DNA of 63,401 nucleotides, filler included, from Pirum gemmata (Eukaryota): NCBI GenBank assembly GCA_002812295.1. It is 17 parts of 17 records of this genome, joined end to end, with 100 filler letters (N's around TTAATTAATTAA, not from the genome) between each part and the next. Parts side by side here need not be neighbours in the genome. Positions count along the whole stretch, not along the records: positions 1 to 5,517 come from PDIN01002818.1; positions 5,618 to 8,938 come from PDIN01002819.1; positions 9,039 to 12,514 come from PDIN01002820.1; positions 12,615 to 15,971 come from PDIN01002821.1; 13 more parts are not named here. One strand, 5' to 3'. Shown piece by piece: positions 1 to 13,319 of this stretch (position 1 is its first letter; each line of letters starts with the position of its first letter). The notes under the pieces were generated by a model. It saw only the letters and a program-made list of their open reading frames with translations, ran no database searches and was not told where the DNA came from. The position numbers and the translations under genes were made by a program.

Positions 1-66
1 TAATAATAATAATAATAATAATAATAAAACATTATAATTAATATTATAAAAATAAAATAAAAAATC

Positions 67-492
67 ATGAATGGGTTAATGTTGATGACTATTTTAGTTA
101 TTTCTACCTTATTATTACTAGAGCCTCCTCTATCACACGCACATATTATACAAGTACGCGAAGCTGACGTCTCTGTTGATAATGATTATAACAAGGATTT
201 GAATTCATTACCCGGAGACCAACATATTGCTAGACCACTAGAAGCTGACATCAAAGGAAGTATTGTAAACGAAAATGATATCGATAACAGTGGTCGTAAC
301 GAAGGTAGTTCTGGTCCGGTTATACATGTGAATGGTCAGTATTGTAATAAGGACAGATTTATTGGAGGAATGCCTTGTAAAAGAAACAGTGAATGTTGTT
401 CGGATAAATGTAAAAAAATAATAATTGTTGGTTTGTTTACCAAGCAGGGAACATGCACAGGGTCAACGGATCCAAAGTATTGGTTCCAATAA
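67..492 (+). CDS. Secreted cysteine-rich peptide precursor, knottin/ICK-like framework
   Basis: Hydrophobic signal (LMLMTILVISTLLLL..SHA), acidic pro-region, C-terminal C-x10-C-x5-CC-x3-C-x14-C. Single ATG-TAA ORF between AT-rich flanks. Confidence 0.8.
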   Translation: MNGLMLMTILVISTLLLLEPPLSHAHIIQVREADVSVDNDYNKDLNSLPGDQHIARPLEADIKGSIVNENDIDNSGRNEGSSGPVIHVNGQYCNKDRFIGGMPCKRNSECCSDKCKKIIIVGLFTKQGTCTGSTDPKYWFQ

Positions 493-774
493 TTCATCAT
501 TTCGACGTTGTTGCATGTTATATATATATGTGATGCATATAATATATAATATAAGTATTATATGATTTATTAATTTTAATTTAATAATATATAATATAAG
601 TATTATATGATTTATTAATTTTAATTTTAAAATTTATTTCAAATTTATTATTATTATTATCATTATTATTATTATTGTTATTTTGTAATAATAATAATAA
701 TAATTTATTTGTATTTTAATTAATAAAACATTTATTTATCATATTTATGATAAGCCTACGATCTCCAGTACTTA

Positions 775-815
<41 letters not shown>

Positions 816-1197
816 TATTATTAATTTTTATATAAATGAATGAAATACTAGTACTAAGAAAGTTTAGCATACAGATATCTAAACTAGCATAACCAGCTGA
901 AAGGGGTGCCAGCAAAATACCGTTCCATATTAAATTTTGTATATTAATATTTACAATTATAAATAATAAAAAATTACGACCGCAGACATATTATATTATA
1001 ATTATATATAGTCCTAAGTACAAATATTAAATCTACAATAGGAGTTTTAAATATAATTTATAGATTGATCATTGACCATTATTATTGCTAATTATTTTAT
1101 ACATTTGCAATTACACTTTCATTGCTTACCCATTTCGGAGTTAAAAAAATCATCACATTCATGTATATACATATTATGCTATTTCTTTTGCATTATT

Positions 1198-1234
<37 letters not shown>

Positions 1235-1269
1235 AATAACAATATTAATAATAATATTATACATATACT

Positions 1270-1332
1270 CTCAATTATTATCCTGTTAGTTCTACATCTG
1301 AGGGGTCTAGAGCTAACAGGGTAATAATTGAG
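1270..1332 (+). other. 30-bp stem hairpin (pre-miRNA-like or palindromic element)
   Basis: 1270-1299 pairs with 1303-1332: 25 Watson-Crick pairs, 4 G-U pairs and 1 C-C mismatch on the + strand. Confidence 0.6.
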
Positions 1333-1363
1333 TCTATTTAATTAAATTATTATTATTATTATC

Positions 1364-1747
1364 ATGTATTATCATGTGCCAGAAGAATTGCGGGAATTAC
1401 AGGATTCTGCTGATATACCTGATCATCCAGAATACAGAGATACTCTAGAAAATATTGAAACAACTCTAGAAACTCTAGAAACACCAGAAACTATAGAAAC
1501 TCTAGAAACACCAGAAACTATAGAAACTCCAGAAACTATAGAAACTATAGAAACTCCAGAAACTCCAGAAACTCCAGAAAATACACAAGAAACTCCAGAA
1601 ACTATAGAAACTATAGAAACTCCAGAAACTACACAAGAAATTCCAGAAATACCACAAGAAATTCCAGAAATACCACAAGAAATTCCACAAGAAGACCAAC
1701 CAAAACCAGAAGAAATGGTTACTCCTGATGTAATTCATTATTATTGA
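1364..1747 (+). CDS. Acidic low-complexity ORF or terminal exon with ETP/ETI/EIPQ repeats
   Basis: In-frame 9-bp (actccagaa/actatagaa) and 12-bp repeats flanked by non-repetitive codons; TGA followed by AATAAA at ~1756. Confidence 0.4.
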   Translation: MYYHVPEELRELQDSADIPDHPEYRDTLENIETTLETLETPETIETLETPETIETPETIETIETPETPETPENTQETPETIETIETPETTQEIPEIPQEIPEIPQEIPQEDQPKPEEMVTPDVIHYY

Positions 1748-1909
1748 GCAATACAATAAATACAATAGTTATTTGGTACTTGTTGTAAAACATACTTATC
1801 TAATATACCATTATTTTGTGCTATTTTTACAATTCGACTGAAAATTCGGTGAAAAAGATTTGTATGACCAATTTCTGGACAAAGTACATGTGCATATATA
1901 TATGTGTGT

Positions 1910-1956
<47 letters not shown>

Positions 1957-3182
1957 GGCAAAATTTGTATTGTAAAAATTACCTTTAATTAATAATCAGT
2001 TTGCATAGAATATTAATTGCAAACTGTCACTTGTTTAATTACCAATTAAACCGAGTAATATGCATATGTATAACAATAAATAAATCAGTTCTTACCAAAA
2101 TTTTAAAAAGCCCTGATAACTATAAATCAATTTGAAAAAAACGATTAAGAAAGAGTAATTAATTTTTAGTCCTAAAAAAGGAATTCTTCTTCCCATCTTC
2201 NNNNNNNNNNNNNNNNNNNNNNNNNNNNNNNNNNNNNNNNNNTTATTATTTGTTATTGTCATCATGATGAATTAGAAAGCAAAGATTAGAGATGTTGAAC
2301 TGATTATCCAAAATCTTAAGTAAATGTTGTATTGATACAACAAAATCTTAAGGAAAATGTACTAAATAAACAAAATCTTAAGTGAATGTTGTATTGAAGT
2401 GTGTATTATATGTAGTTACAATCAATAACAACATAACAGCAATAATAATAATAATAATAATAAACCAATTATTAGCTTCGAACAAGCAATTTAGAGAGTG
2501 TTAAGTATAGCTAGTGGTCTACTTGTGAATATTCAAGGACTTCAAAAAAAGGATTATTTTAAAAAAAATAATTCAATTTTTGTGAATGCACCTGCAATGC
2601 AGAGTGAATGAAACTGTGAATGATAACTTGGAATGATTGAAAATTTAAAATATTGAAATTCGAGTAAAATTAGAAGAATGAAATTATTTGAAGTTTAAAC
2701 TTTGAAGTCCCCACCAAATCAGAGTGAAATCAGATGAATAGATTATTGAACTTTGAAATCAGCCGCAGAGTGAAATTTAAAAAGGTGAATTCAGCCAGTT
2801 TCACCATTTTAATTCAGCTACTATGATATATATTAAACTACAGTATTGTTATAAATAATTATTACAGTTGGACAGTTTGAAATATTAATTATGGTTTTGA
2901 TCTTTTGAATGAAATAGTATTTTAATAATATTATACTAATATTATACATAAAAATAGAATTCTTTTTTTTTTAAAAAAAAAATGTGTGTGAAGAAGAAAC
3001 GGATCTAGCTAGTCTAGGCCAGGATCTAGAAACCAACCTATATAAAAAAAACGAAAAAAAAACTGGGATTTGACCAATGAAAATTGATAATTTAAACAAC
3101 AATTTTTTCTGACAGGGAAGCCTAATTTCCCCGGCCTAATTAGCTGCCTAATTTCATCCAAATTTCGAAATTTTCAAATTTT

Positions 3183-3243
<61 letters not shown>

Positions 3244-4176
3244 TCATTATTAAATATTTAAAAATTTTATTGGATATAAATATTTAATTAGCTCAACAAG
3301 ACTTTTCTAATAGATATCAGGAACACTATATTGGACAAAAAACAGAAAACCTTCATAATAGAAACAGTTACTATGATATATTAAATAGGCCTACTATAAT
3401 AGACCTAAAAAACCTAAAAAACTGCACTGAGAAACTACTGAGAAAAACTGTGACAGCGTGGCTCCGAACTGGGGGCATTTGAATCGGATGGGATGGCGGA
3501 GTGCTAGCTAGCTGGTGCGTGTGCGTCCAGAACTCTATCCCTCTAGAACCCTAACCCATAGTAATAGTAATAGTAATAGTAATTAATAGTAATAGTAATA
3601 GTAATAGTAATAGTAATAGTAATAGTATTAGTAATAGTAATAGTAATAGTAATAGCAATAGCAATAGTAATAGTAATAAATACCAAACCAAACAACAAAC
3701 CCTAACGCCAACGCTGAGCCCTAAGCAACCAGTAGAGCTATGATAAACTGATAGAGTTCTGATAGTAGCTATCAGGTGATACTATGAGTATAATGGTATC
3801 TGATACATATTTTAAATTATAATAATATTATTCAGTCTGGACTGAATATTTAGCTGAAAAGGTGTCTATAAAAAATTTTAACTTCAAGTAATTATTATCT
3901 TAAATCTTCTTGCAATTCTGGAGACATGACAATGCTTTGAAAGTATTTCGTCTAAAAACAACGCAAAAACTAAAACTGAATCTATCATTTATTTTTTTAA
4001 TATAATATATTATGTATATATTATCATAATATTCATTATTATAATATGATACTATGATAGAACTACTCTAGCTTAGCTACTACACTGCTACTACCACTCT
4101 AGCTAGCTAAACTCCAGCAGCTAAACTAGGGACTACTAGTAACAGTTAGTAACTCTACTAGTAGGGTCTAATTACT

Positions 4177-4393
4177 ATCTTGTTTTTCAATAACTTTTTT
4201 CAATAATTAATGTTGCCCAGTTCAAAAACTGAATTAAACATACCAAATTATTATTATGGCTAAACTAGCAGACATTTTTTAATTAATTTGGTATTTTATA
4301 CTTAAAAAGTTGTATTTTATAAACAAGTTCAATTATACACTTAAACAGTACCAAATTAAAGATTGAGAGGACAACTGTAATGAAATAGACGAT
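4177..4393 (-). mobile_element. MITE family A (~190-215 bp)
   Basis: Imperfect TIR ATCGTCTATTTCA...TGAAAAACACGAT. Copies or fragments at 10384-10551, 21457-21600, 22885-22960, 23285-23375, 23615-23778, 28685-28755, 29645-29842, 43975-44042, 47427-47617, 47965-48146; degenerate near 59395-59512. Confidence 0.85.
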
Positions 4394-4409
4394 GGTTAAA
4401 AGAGGACTC

Positions 4410-4526
4410 TAGGGTTAGAGTTAGGGCTCTAGGGTTAGGGTTATGGGTTTAGGGTCAGGGTTAGGGTTAGGGTTAGGGCTCTAGCGTTAGGGCACTAGCG
4501 TTAGGGCACTAGTGTTGGGGTTAGGA
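4410..4526 (+). repeat. Degenerate interstitial (TTAGGG)n array
   Basis: TTAGGG units mixed with ttagggctct and ttagggcact variants. Confidence 0.85.
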
Positions 4527-5517
4527 TTTGTTGTTTGGTTTGGTATTTATTACTATTACTGTTGTTATTAATATTTTTATTGTTATTGCTATTGCTATTG
4601 TTATTGTCATTGCTATTGTTATTGCTATTACTATTACTATTAATATTACTATTACTATTGCTATATTATATATTACTATTAATTGCTATTGCTATTACTA
4701 TTATTATTATTATTATTATTATTACTATTAATATATATATTTTTATTATTATTACTAGTACTAGTACTATTACCATTACCAATTACCATTACCATTACCA
4801 TTCTCATTCCCATTACCATTACCATTACCATTACCATTACCATTACTATTACTATTACTATTACTATTAATATTACTAATACTATTACTATTACTATTAC
4901 TATTACTATTACTAGTGTACTATTAATATTAATATTCATATTACTATTACTATTACTATTACTATTACTATTACTATTACTATTACTATTACTATTACTA
5001 TTACTATTACTATTTCTATTACTATTACTATTACTATTACTATTAATATTACTAATACTATTACTATTACTATTACTATTACTATTACTAGTGTACTATT
5101 AATATTAATATTCATATTACTATTACTATTACTATTACTATTACTATTACTATTACTATTACTATTACTATTACTATTAATATTACTATTACTATTACTA
5201 CTACTATAATATTACTATTACTATTATAATTACTATTACTATATATAATATTACTATTACTATTATAATTACTATTAATTACTATTACTATTACTTTTAC
5301 TGGTACTATTACTATTACTATTACTATTACTCTTACTCTTACTATTACTATTACTATTAATCTTATTTTAATACTCTTACTATTACTATTACTATTACAT
5401 ATACTATTACTATTACAATATTACTATTACTATTACTATTACTATTAATAATAATATTACTATTACTATTACTATTACTATTACTATTACTATTACTATT
5501 ACTATTATCACTATCAC

Positions 5518-5617
5518 NNNNNNNNNNNNNNNNNNNNNNNNNNNNNNNNNNNNNNNNNNNNTTAATTAATTAANNNNNNNNNNNNNNNNNNNNNNNNNNN
5601 NNNNNNNNNNNNNNNNN
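5518..5617. other. Artificial scaffold linker N44-TTAATTAATTAA-N44 (first of 16)
   Basis: Identical 100-nt linkers start at 5518, 8939, 12515, 15972, 19359, 24991, 28375, 31816, 35258, 38663, 42819, 46259, 49673, 53111, 56526 and 59965. The 12-mer puts stops in all six frames. They define 17 unlinked scaffolds. Confidence 0.97.
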
Positions 5618-7133
5618 TTTTTTTTTTTTTTTTTTTTTGTATGATACGTATAGACTACTATGATATAGTCTATCATAAACATTATGATATTCCTTTATAA
5701 ATAATTATAGTTTTATTTTGTTGATTTGTTTCATAATACTTTGGTATAAGCAGTTAATAATTTGATTGCTAGTTATGATAAGTGTTCTACCAAAATGAAT
5801 TAATTTTTATTTTATTTTATTTTAGAAAAAAATATTTATTATATTTATTTATTAATTCTTTTTATTTATTACATATAAAAATGATATCAACTCATGCTTA
5901 CTTTACTTATTATTTATAACAAACCCAAGTTTTAAAGATTATCATAATATCAATATTAAACGTATGTATGCTAAAATGATGCTATTTAATTAATATTATT
6001 TTAAAATTAACTAATTTACTATTAATTTTCTCTTTGTTAAAATTATAATTTTCAATAAATTCACTTATTTTTATTTATTGAATAGTGATGATGTTTGTAT
6101 GATTATTAAAAATTTCGTTAGTTTTTAATTTCCAAACTTCTCTGAAAAAAATAATTTATTTATACTATGCAGCACCCAAAGCAGCAAAAATATTCGGTTC
6201 TGATAATAATGGTAAAGATAATTATGATAATGACTTACAACGTGATTTATTTAATGTTTTAAAAAGGATCCATATAACAACCCGTTTATTCCTTTTTTTA
6301 TTAAGTAGGGGTACCCCGTCACACCCGTCACTGGATGGTTGTATAATTTGTTCGAATTTTTTTTTAGTTGGGTAACGAGAAAATATCACGGACTAGCCAT
6401 ACCTAAATTACAATTTTAATTAAGTTTAATTAACAGCGAAATATAATATAGCAATACAGGCTACTGTTGCTTCATATGTAGTGATCACTGATATTGTTAA
6501 TTTTATATATAATATAATATAATATTATACCGGTATATAAAGTAAATATGCCAACTAGCATTTAATTTACTGTTATTAATAACTAGATAGATAATTTTAG
6601 AAAGCTTATAATTAGTCAAGGGTATATGATCAGAAGAATATTAATATTCTATGATAATATTAATTTAATAACACACTCTTTGTTACTATAACTTTTTTAA
6701 GTAATTAAAAATAACGTGCTATTAATACAATATAAATTTTTTCTAATTTACGTATACGTACTGTTAATTAACGTTGAGGTTGAAGTTATAATTAGAATTA
6801 GAATTAGGGTTAGGGTTAGGGATAGCTACCGTTTTAAAGTTAACGATATTAATAACGTTTTAAGGTTTTATTTACGGCTCATTATATATAATTATTATTA
6901 TTTAATTAATATTATATTATCTTATAATAGTGTCTAGTGTTAATTATAAAGTTGTGTAATGTTATCAAACAAAAATATAACAATGTTACGACAACAAAAA
7001 TGTGATAGCATAATGTAAATACAATAATAATATTATGCCATATGCATGTATTAATAATTTATAAATTTATAGTTGATTTATTTATTATGGTGATAAATAT
7101 TGTTTTGTGAATGATATAAAATAAGGTTTTAAC

Positions 7134-7470
7134 GTTAGGTAGTTAGGTTGAGGATTAAGAGTAGGGTTAGGGTTAGGGTTAGGGTTAGGGTAATAGGGTA
7201 ATAGAGTTAGTTAGGGTTAGGGTTAGGGTTAGGGTAATAGGGTAATGGAGTTAGTTAGGGTTAGGGACAGGGTAATAGGGTAATGGGGTTAGGGTTAGGG
7301 TTAGAGTTAGGGTCAGTTAGGGTTAGGGCCAGAGGGTTAGGATTATAGTTAATTAAGGTTAGGATTACGGTTAGGGTTAGGGTTAGGGTTAGGGTTACTC
7401 ATTGGTGCTTTTCATTAAGGTTACAGTTATAGATATAGTTATAGTTAGGGATAGGGTTAAGGGTGGTTAA
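7134..7470 (+). repeat. Interstitial (TTAGGG)n array; opposite degenerate (CCCTAA) tract at ~8415-8550
   Basis: Read directly from the sequence. Confidence 0.85.
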
Positions 7471-8318
7471 GGTTTTAAGTGGTTTTTATAAATTGAACGC
7501 TAGAAATTGACGAGTGGTTTGTGACGTTTGTCAACAAGAAGAACGAAGAGCTGTCCAGCTAGCTACTAGATCCAGCTAGACTAAAACAAAAAACAAAAAG
7601 ACACAACAAAAAAAAAAAAAAAAAAATAAAAAAAAAAAAAAAAAAAAAAAAAAAGTTGAAAAAACAAAACTAAAAAAGAAAAAGCTAGTCTAGACTACTT
7701 CTAGACTCTAGATTTGAAAAAACAAAAAAAAACTAATAAAAAAAAAACAAAAAAAAAACTGGAAAAATTCCACATCCTCGATCGAAAATATTTATAAAAA
7801 TCGGGCCTCAATTATAGAAAGGTAAATTATATTTTTTACGTCATTATAAAGTGTTATAATACTGTTATATTTAATATTTTCATATATTTTTACGTTTTTA
7901 CATTGAAAAAAAACATTTCTCGCCATGCGCAAAATAAAGAAGTAACGATTCTTCAAGCCGAGCCAGCTGAGTTTTCTTTTCTCTCACTTTTCTCACTCTT
8001 TTCTCTCACTTTTTTTTTTTGGTGCCTACACAATTATCCTTGAGCAAATTTTGGTCGATAATTGACATTGGGCATTTTTTCAATTTTTTCTCAAACTTTT
8101 TTTTGGATCGCAACTATTTATAATTTTTATATCGATTCTAGTAAAGCGATTAGTAACATTACTGTAACATTTCAAAGAATTTTATCAAATCGAGCTTCAC
8201 TTTTCCCTATGGTCGGATCGTTGTGAATTTTTTCATCGACTGGCAAATCGAACATCTAAAAAAAAAAAGAAAAACATATAGATTATATTACAAAAAAAAA
8301 AAAAAAAAAAAAAAAAAA

Positions 8319-8356
<38 letters not shown>

Positions 8357-10562
8357 ACTGAAAGAACACTAAAATTAAAAGTTAACCAAATAGCCAAACA
8401 AACCTAGCCAAACAAACCCTATAATCATAATCCTAGCTAGTTCTAAATTCTAATCCTAAGCCAAATCCAAAACCAAACCTTAACCTTTTAAAATTAACTT
8501 TAAAACCCAAACCCAAACCCTAACCAGTTCCTTAATTTAACCCTAATCCTAATTATTACCAGCCAGTTCCTACCCCTGAACAGTCCTATTTAAAAATTCA
8601 ACCACTTTTTTTTTTTGCAACTACGATAGCATACATGGAGTTGTTATATCAAGAGTTTCAGTATTGTATATATATCGTAAATTATTGATAATTAATATAT
8701 AATATTCATATATTGTTATATTGTTCAATTATCATAATCATGAGTACCGCAGTAGTAGTACCGCCTAGAGCTCATTTTTATTTTTTTTATCATATCATAT
8801 CATATTATCATATTTTTAAAAAAAAATAAAGCTAATTTAAACTCTAATTTATAATAATTTTGATACTAGTCTATTTATAGTGTAACTCAGAATATTTATT
8901 TGGTTGGTTATAATATTTAAATTGTCATTTTTAAATGANNNNNNNNNNNNNNNNNNNNNNNNNNNNNNNNNNNNNNNNNNNNTTAATTAATTAANNNNNN
9001 NNNNNNNNNNNNNNNNNNNNNNNNNNNNNNNNNNNNNNGTTGCTGATATTATTATTATTGCTATAATTATTGTTATTATTATAACTTGTTGTTGTTGTTG
9101 TTGTTGTTGTTTTATAGTTTGAAATGCAGTTATTATCATTATTCTTATTATTCTAATTATTATTATTATTGTTGTTGTTGTTGTTGTTGTTGTTGATTTA
9201 TTTAACTGTTATTGCTGTTATTAACTTGTTATTGCTATTGTTATTATTATTTGGTTGTTTACTGTTTATTGTTTATTGTTTATTGTTTATTTATTGTTTA
9301 TTGTTTATTGTTTATTGTTTATTGTTTATTGTTTATTGTTTATTGTTTATTGTTTATTGTTTATTGTTTATTGTGTTGGTTGTTGGTGATGTAGTTATTG
9401 TTACCTCCTTTGTTTTTGGCCGTTATTATTATTATTATTATTATTTTTTTAAAAAAAACTTTTTCTAAGAGCCGCAAGTGGGGGTTTTTTCTAGGGTTTT
9501 TTTAGTAGGGGTGAGATGACGTCACTTTTACTATTAGGAGGTCGTGCCAGATTCTGGGATTTTTTCCAAATTTCGCGTGTCGCAGCTGCCGCCCCGGAAC
9601 AAATTAAAAGAGGATTTTTTAACGGAACTCGGTTTTTTTTTGTTGGCAGCTGCTCGATTTTCATATGGAATTAATTGTATAATTTTAGTAATTTTATAGC
9701 CAATTTAAGTATTATTTANTAGTAGCTACGTATACTATACTAGAGTAGGGGTGAGATGACGTCACTTTTACTATTAGGAGGTCGTGCCAGATTCTGGGAT
9801 TTTTTCCAAATTTCGCGTGTCGCAGCTGCCGCCCCGGAACAAATTAAAAGAGGATTTTTTAACGGAACTCGGTTTTTTTTTGTTGGCAGCTGCTCGATTT
9901 TCATATGGAATTAATTGTATAATTTTAGTAATTTTATAGCCAATTTAAGTATTATTTATTTTATTTATTTATTTTATTTATTTTATTTATATTATTTATA
10001 TTATACATATTTACTTTAAGTATATAGATTCGAACAATTTCATGATATTTTCGAACGCTTATATCAATGTTGGGTGAATGATCGAAAATCATAAAAAAAT
10101 TTTGAACATATGTAATAGCTAAATCCTGATTTGAAAGCTCTTCGAGCATTTTTACGGGGTACTTTACTAATTAAAATTGGGTATTTTTTTTGGTAATATT
10201 TGGTCAACTTTCAAAATCCTTTAGCTTTCTACCCCCTCGGGGTATGCATATATCGTAAGAAAGTTGTTGGGATTTCGGTCTCGAGCTCGTATCAGTCAAA
10301 GCATCTAATGATGACGTCATCAAATGTATAGGTTTTAATTAAGTGAGAAAAATAAAATAAAAATAGAATTTTAATTAGTAAAAAGTGTCAATTTGTTCAA
10401 AAACTGAAATAAACGTATAGTTATTGTTATGGTTTAATACTATCAGAAATTTTTAATTAATTTAGTATTTTATTTTATAAACAAGTTCAATTATACACTA
10501 AAACAGTACTAAATTAAAGATAAAGAGGACGACTGTAAGGAAATAGACGATTTATGAGATAA

Positions 10563-10680
10563 TTAGGGTTAGGGTTAGGGTTAGGGTTAGGGTTAGGGTT
10601 AGGGTTAGGGTTAGGGTTAGGGTTAGGGTTAGGGTTAGGGTTAGGGTTAGGGTTAGGGTTAGGGTTAGGGTTAGCGTTAG
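10563..10680 (+). repeat. Near-perfect interstitial (TTAGGG)n array; opposite (CCCTAA)n at 11848-11901
   Basis: Read directly; the array starts ~12 bp after a MITE A terminus. Confidence 0.95.
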
Positions 10681-11074
10681 TCGAGTATTCCGCCGAGTGG
10701 TGCAGTGGAACTCGGAGCTGGTAGTCGTCGGCTTGGTGAAAATTCTTCGGTCAGGTGAAAATTCCAGTTGACCAGAGCAGTTAATTATTAGTTAATTATT
10801 CTGGCTAGTGATTGGCTCTTTGAATTTTAGAGCTCATTTTAGGCTAATTTATTTTTGGGGGGGATTCCTAAAATCAAATTTGGAAATATTTGATTTCATA
10901 TTTTAAAAAGTTCTGTCAAGGGGTAGGTAGGTAGGTAGTATTTGACCAGAATTCAACGTCGAGGGGTAGGTAGGTTTGGGTATTTGAAGCTGTATTTGAA
11001 CAGAAATTTGCGTTACGTAGTATTTGAATATAAGACGGTGCGACCAACTGTGCGACCTCTCTCAAACACGAAAA

Positions 11075-11272
11075 CTCGAACTTCTGCTGTCAAAAAAAAA
11101 AGCCAAAAATCAGTTTCGTTCAACAAAAAACTTTTTTTTCGTATTTTTCGGGTTTATTAATAAATAAATATATTTGAATACTTAATTGTAAGCTTAAACA
11201 TTTCGAACTTATATATTAATATATAGACTCGAAATCTCGATTTTTAAACAGAGCAGAATTGGGAGAAAGCCT
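11075..11272 (+). mobile_element. Dispersed TIR repeat family G
   Basis: Ends in gcagaattgggagaaagcc. Reverse copy of that end at 14958-15080; the other end (aagcctctcccaattctgct) at 49432-49552. Confidence 0.6.
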
Positions 11273-11381
11273 AACCTACAACCCCCCGCCCGTGTCGATG
11301 TGTAACCGCTCAATAGTAGCTTCTTGCCTGGGAGGATGGGTGATGGTGACGGCAGGGTTTTAATACTATCATAATGAGAAA

Positions 11382-11494
11382 GGGAGCGTCAAATACAGCT
11401 TCAAATACCCCTAACTACCTACCCCTTGACCTTAATTTCCGGTCAAATACCGCCTACCTACCTACCCCTTGACGTGACGTATTATTTGAACGCT
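11382..11494 (-). mobile_element. MITE family C, PIF/Harbinger-like
   Basis: Internal ggggtaggtaggtagg modules; termini GGG(A/T)GCGTT..AATA abutting TTA/TAA at 30036 and 62886. Copies at 10914-11030, 11740-11846, 29932-30035, 62765-62885. Confidence 0.7.
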
Positions 11495-13229
11495 AGTTTT
11501 GGCGGTGTTTTGGCTCATTCCATTTTATAAATAATGCAAATAATAATAAAAACGTCCAACTTTCGGGGTTCACTAGAATTTTTAGTTTTCGAACATAAGT
11601 TAGATAATAGATATTTAATAGGTTTGAAATTTTCAAATACACAAAAAAAATGTTGGGATTTTAATTATTATGATATCATAGTAAAAAAAAAGTATACAAT
11701 AATTTTTCTGACCATCATCTCCTCCTATGGGAGCACTATGGGAGCGCTCAAACTTCAAATACTGCGTAACGCCAATTTCCGGTCAAACACAGCTTCAAAT
11801 ACCCCTACCTACCTACCCCTCGACGTTAATTTCCGGTCAAATACCANAACCCTAACCCTAACCCTAACCCTAACCCTAACCCTAACCCTAACCCTAACCC
11901 TATATAGTGTTCTTGTTTATCCCCTTAGGGAGCTTTCAAATTTCTTTTATTATTATTATTTATAAATAAATAAATGATATTACTATACTATATATTATGA
12001 TAATTATTTATTGTATGCATAGTAGTCTTAGTAGTAGTCTTAGTAGTAGTCTTAGTAGTCTTAATATAAATTATATTTGTATCAAACATATATTTTTTAT
12101 ATGTTCGATATTTTTACTATTTAGCCAGTCAGTCAAAAAAGATTGATATTTGATTTATATTTGTATCAAACATATATTTTTTATATGTTTGATTTTTTTA
12201 CAATATTCGAAATAGTATTTTTGCTATCACTATCGATACTATCGATATCTAGCTACTACTAGTAGAGTGTATGGTACAAATAAGTTAAAAAAACGTCCTA
12301 CTTTCGGGGTTCACTAGAATTTATAGTTTTTGAAATTTGAACATTATAAAAATAATATATTGAATAGGTTTGATATTTTCACACGTAAATTTAATTTGTA
12401 CTACTAGCTAGCAATCTATAGTATTCTTGTTTATCCCAGACCCCTTACTCACTCGCCTAGTAGCTAGTAGGACTAGCTAGAGGCCAGTAAGTTAGCCCCC
12501 CCCTCCCCCCTCCCNNNNNNNNNNNNNNNNNNNNNNNNNNNNNNNNNNNNNNNNNNNNTTAATTAATTAANNNNNNNNNNNNNNNNNNNNNNNNNNNNNN
12601 NNNNNNNNNNNNNNTTATTTTATTTATTTTATTTTATTCTATTTTATTTTATTTTATTAAATTTTTATAAAATACGATAAAACATAATAATAATTATTAT
12701 GATAAAACTATCGAGAGTTTGATAGAAGTAATATAGCTCTAGCTAGCTAGGGTAAAAGTGACTCGGAATCTTGTTTTGTAAACAAATCGAGCTTTACTAT
12801 CTGGGCGTAACCATTGCTATCTATAATTATAAAAATCGGGAAACTTAGACTTTAAAATTGGAATCTAGAGCTAGGATATAAAATATATATATGTGTGTGT
12901 ATCAAGCCTAATCCCAATCGAGCTGAAACTTGGATTTTTCTTTTCTAGTTTAGACCTTTAGACTCTTAATCTTCCATCTAGACTACCTAGATAACCCTTG
13001 TACCTAAAGCTCCTTTTCTGGAAGTCTGGAAAATTAGAAATTAATGTCTCTTTTATTAATAAAGTAGTAGACCACTTGAAGCATGACGAGAGGCAGGGTT
13101 CATGCTTAAAGAAGGTATATATGATATATAGTTACTTTAATTTCTACATTCACACCATACACGAAGCCATGCTTTGTCTAGTTCTATCCAAATAGGTTTT
13201 ACTTTTATTGTTTTGTTGTTTTTATTGTT

Positions 13230-13292
<63 letters not shown>

Positions 13293-13319
13293 TGTTTATT
13301 TTATTATATAAGATCAATA

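Larger units (their letters stand above)
3548..5517. repeat. Foldback-like structure with modular inverted arms
   Basis: Left arm (GTAATA)n-aataccaaaccaaacaacaaaccctaac (3559-3706) is the reverse complement of right arm gttaggatttgttgtttggtttggtattt-(ATTACT)n starting at 4520. Confidence 0.75.

Noticed and set aside
4528..5102. Poly-Leu/Ile/Tyr ORFs, and similar ones at 9169, 14586, 18828, 26359, 35439, 39474, 46550 and 57383
   Set aside because: Translations of microsatellites or telomeric repeats (LTLT, PNPN, VRVR, LGLG); no coding signal.
5562..5573. Regularly spaced TTAATTAATTAA as a biological repeat or piggyBac site
   Set aside because: Always centred in exactly 44+44 Ns; it is a six-frame-stop spacer.
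9505..9958. Identical ~214-bp tandem duplication (9505-9718 / 9745-9958)
   Set aside because: The copies are identical and separated by a single N at 9719, typical of unmerged contig overlap.
10692..10770. tRNA-like start GCCGAGTGGTGCAGTGGAA (initiator-Met-like A box)
   Set aside because: No B box or T-loop, anticodon arm or acceptor stem follows; at most a fragment.
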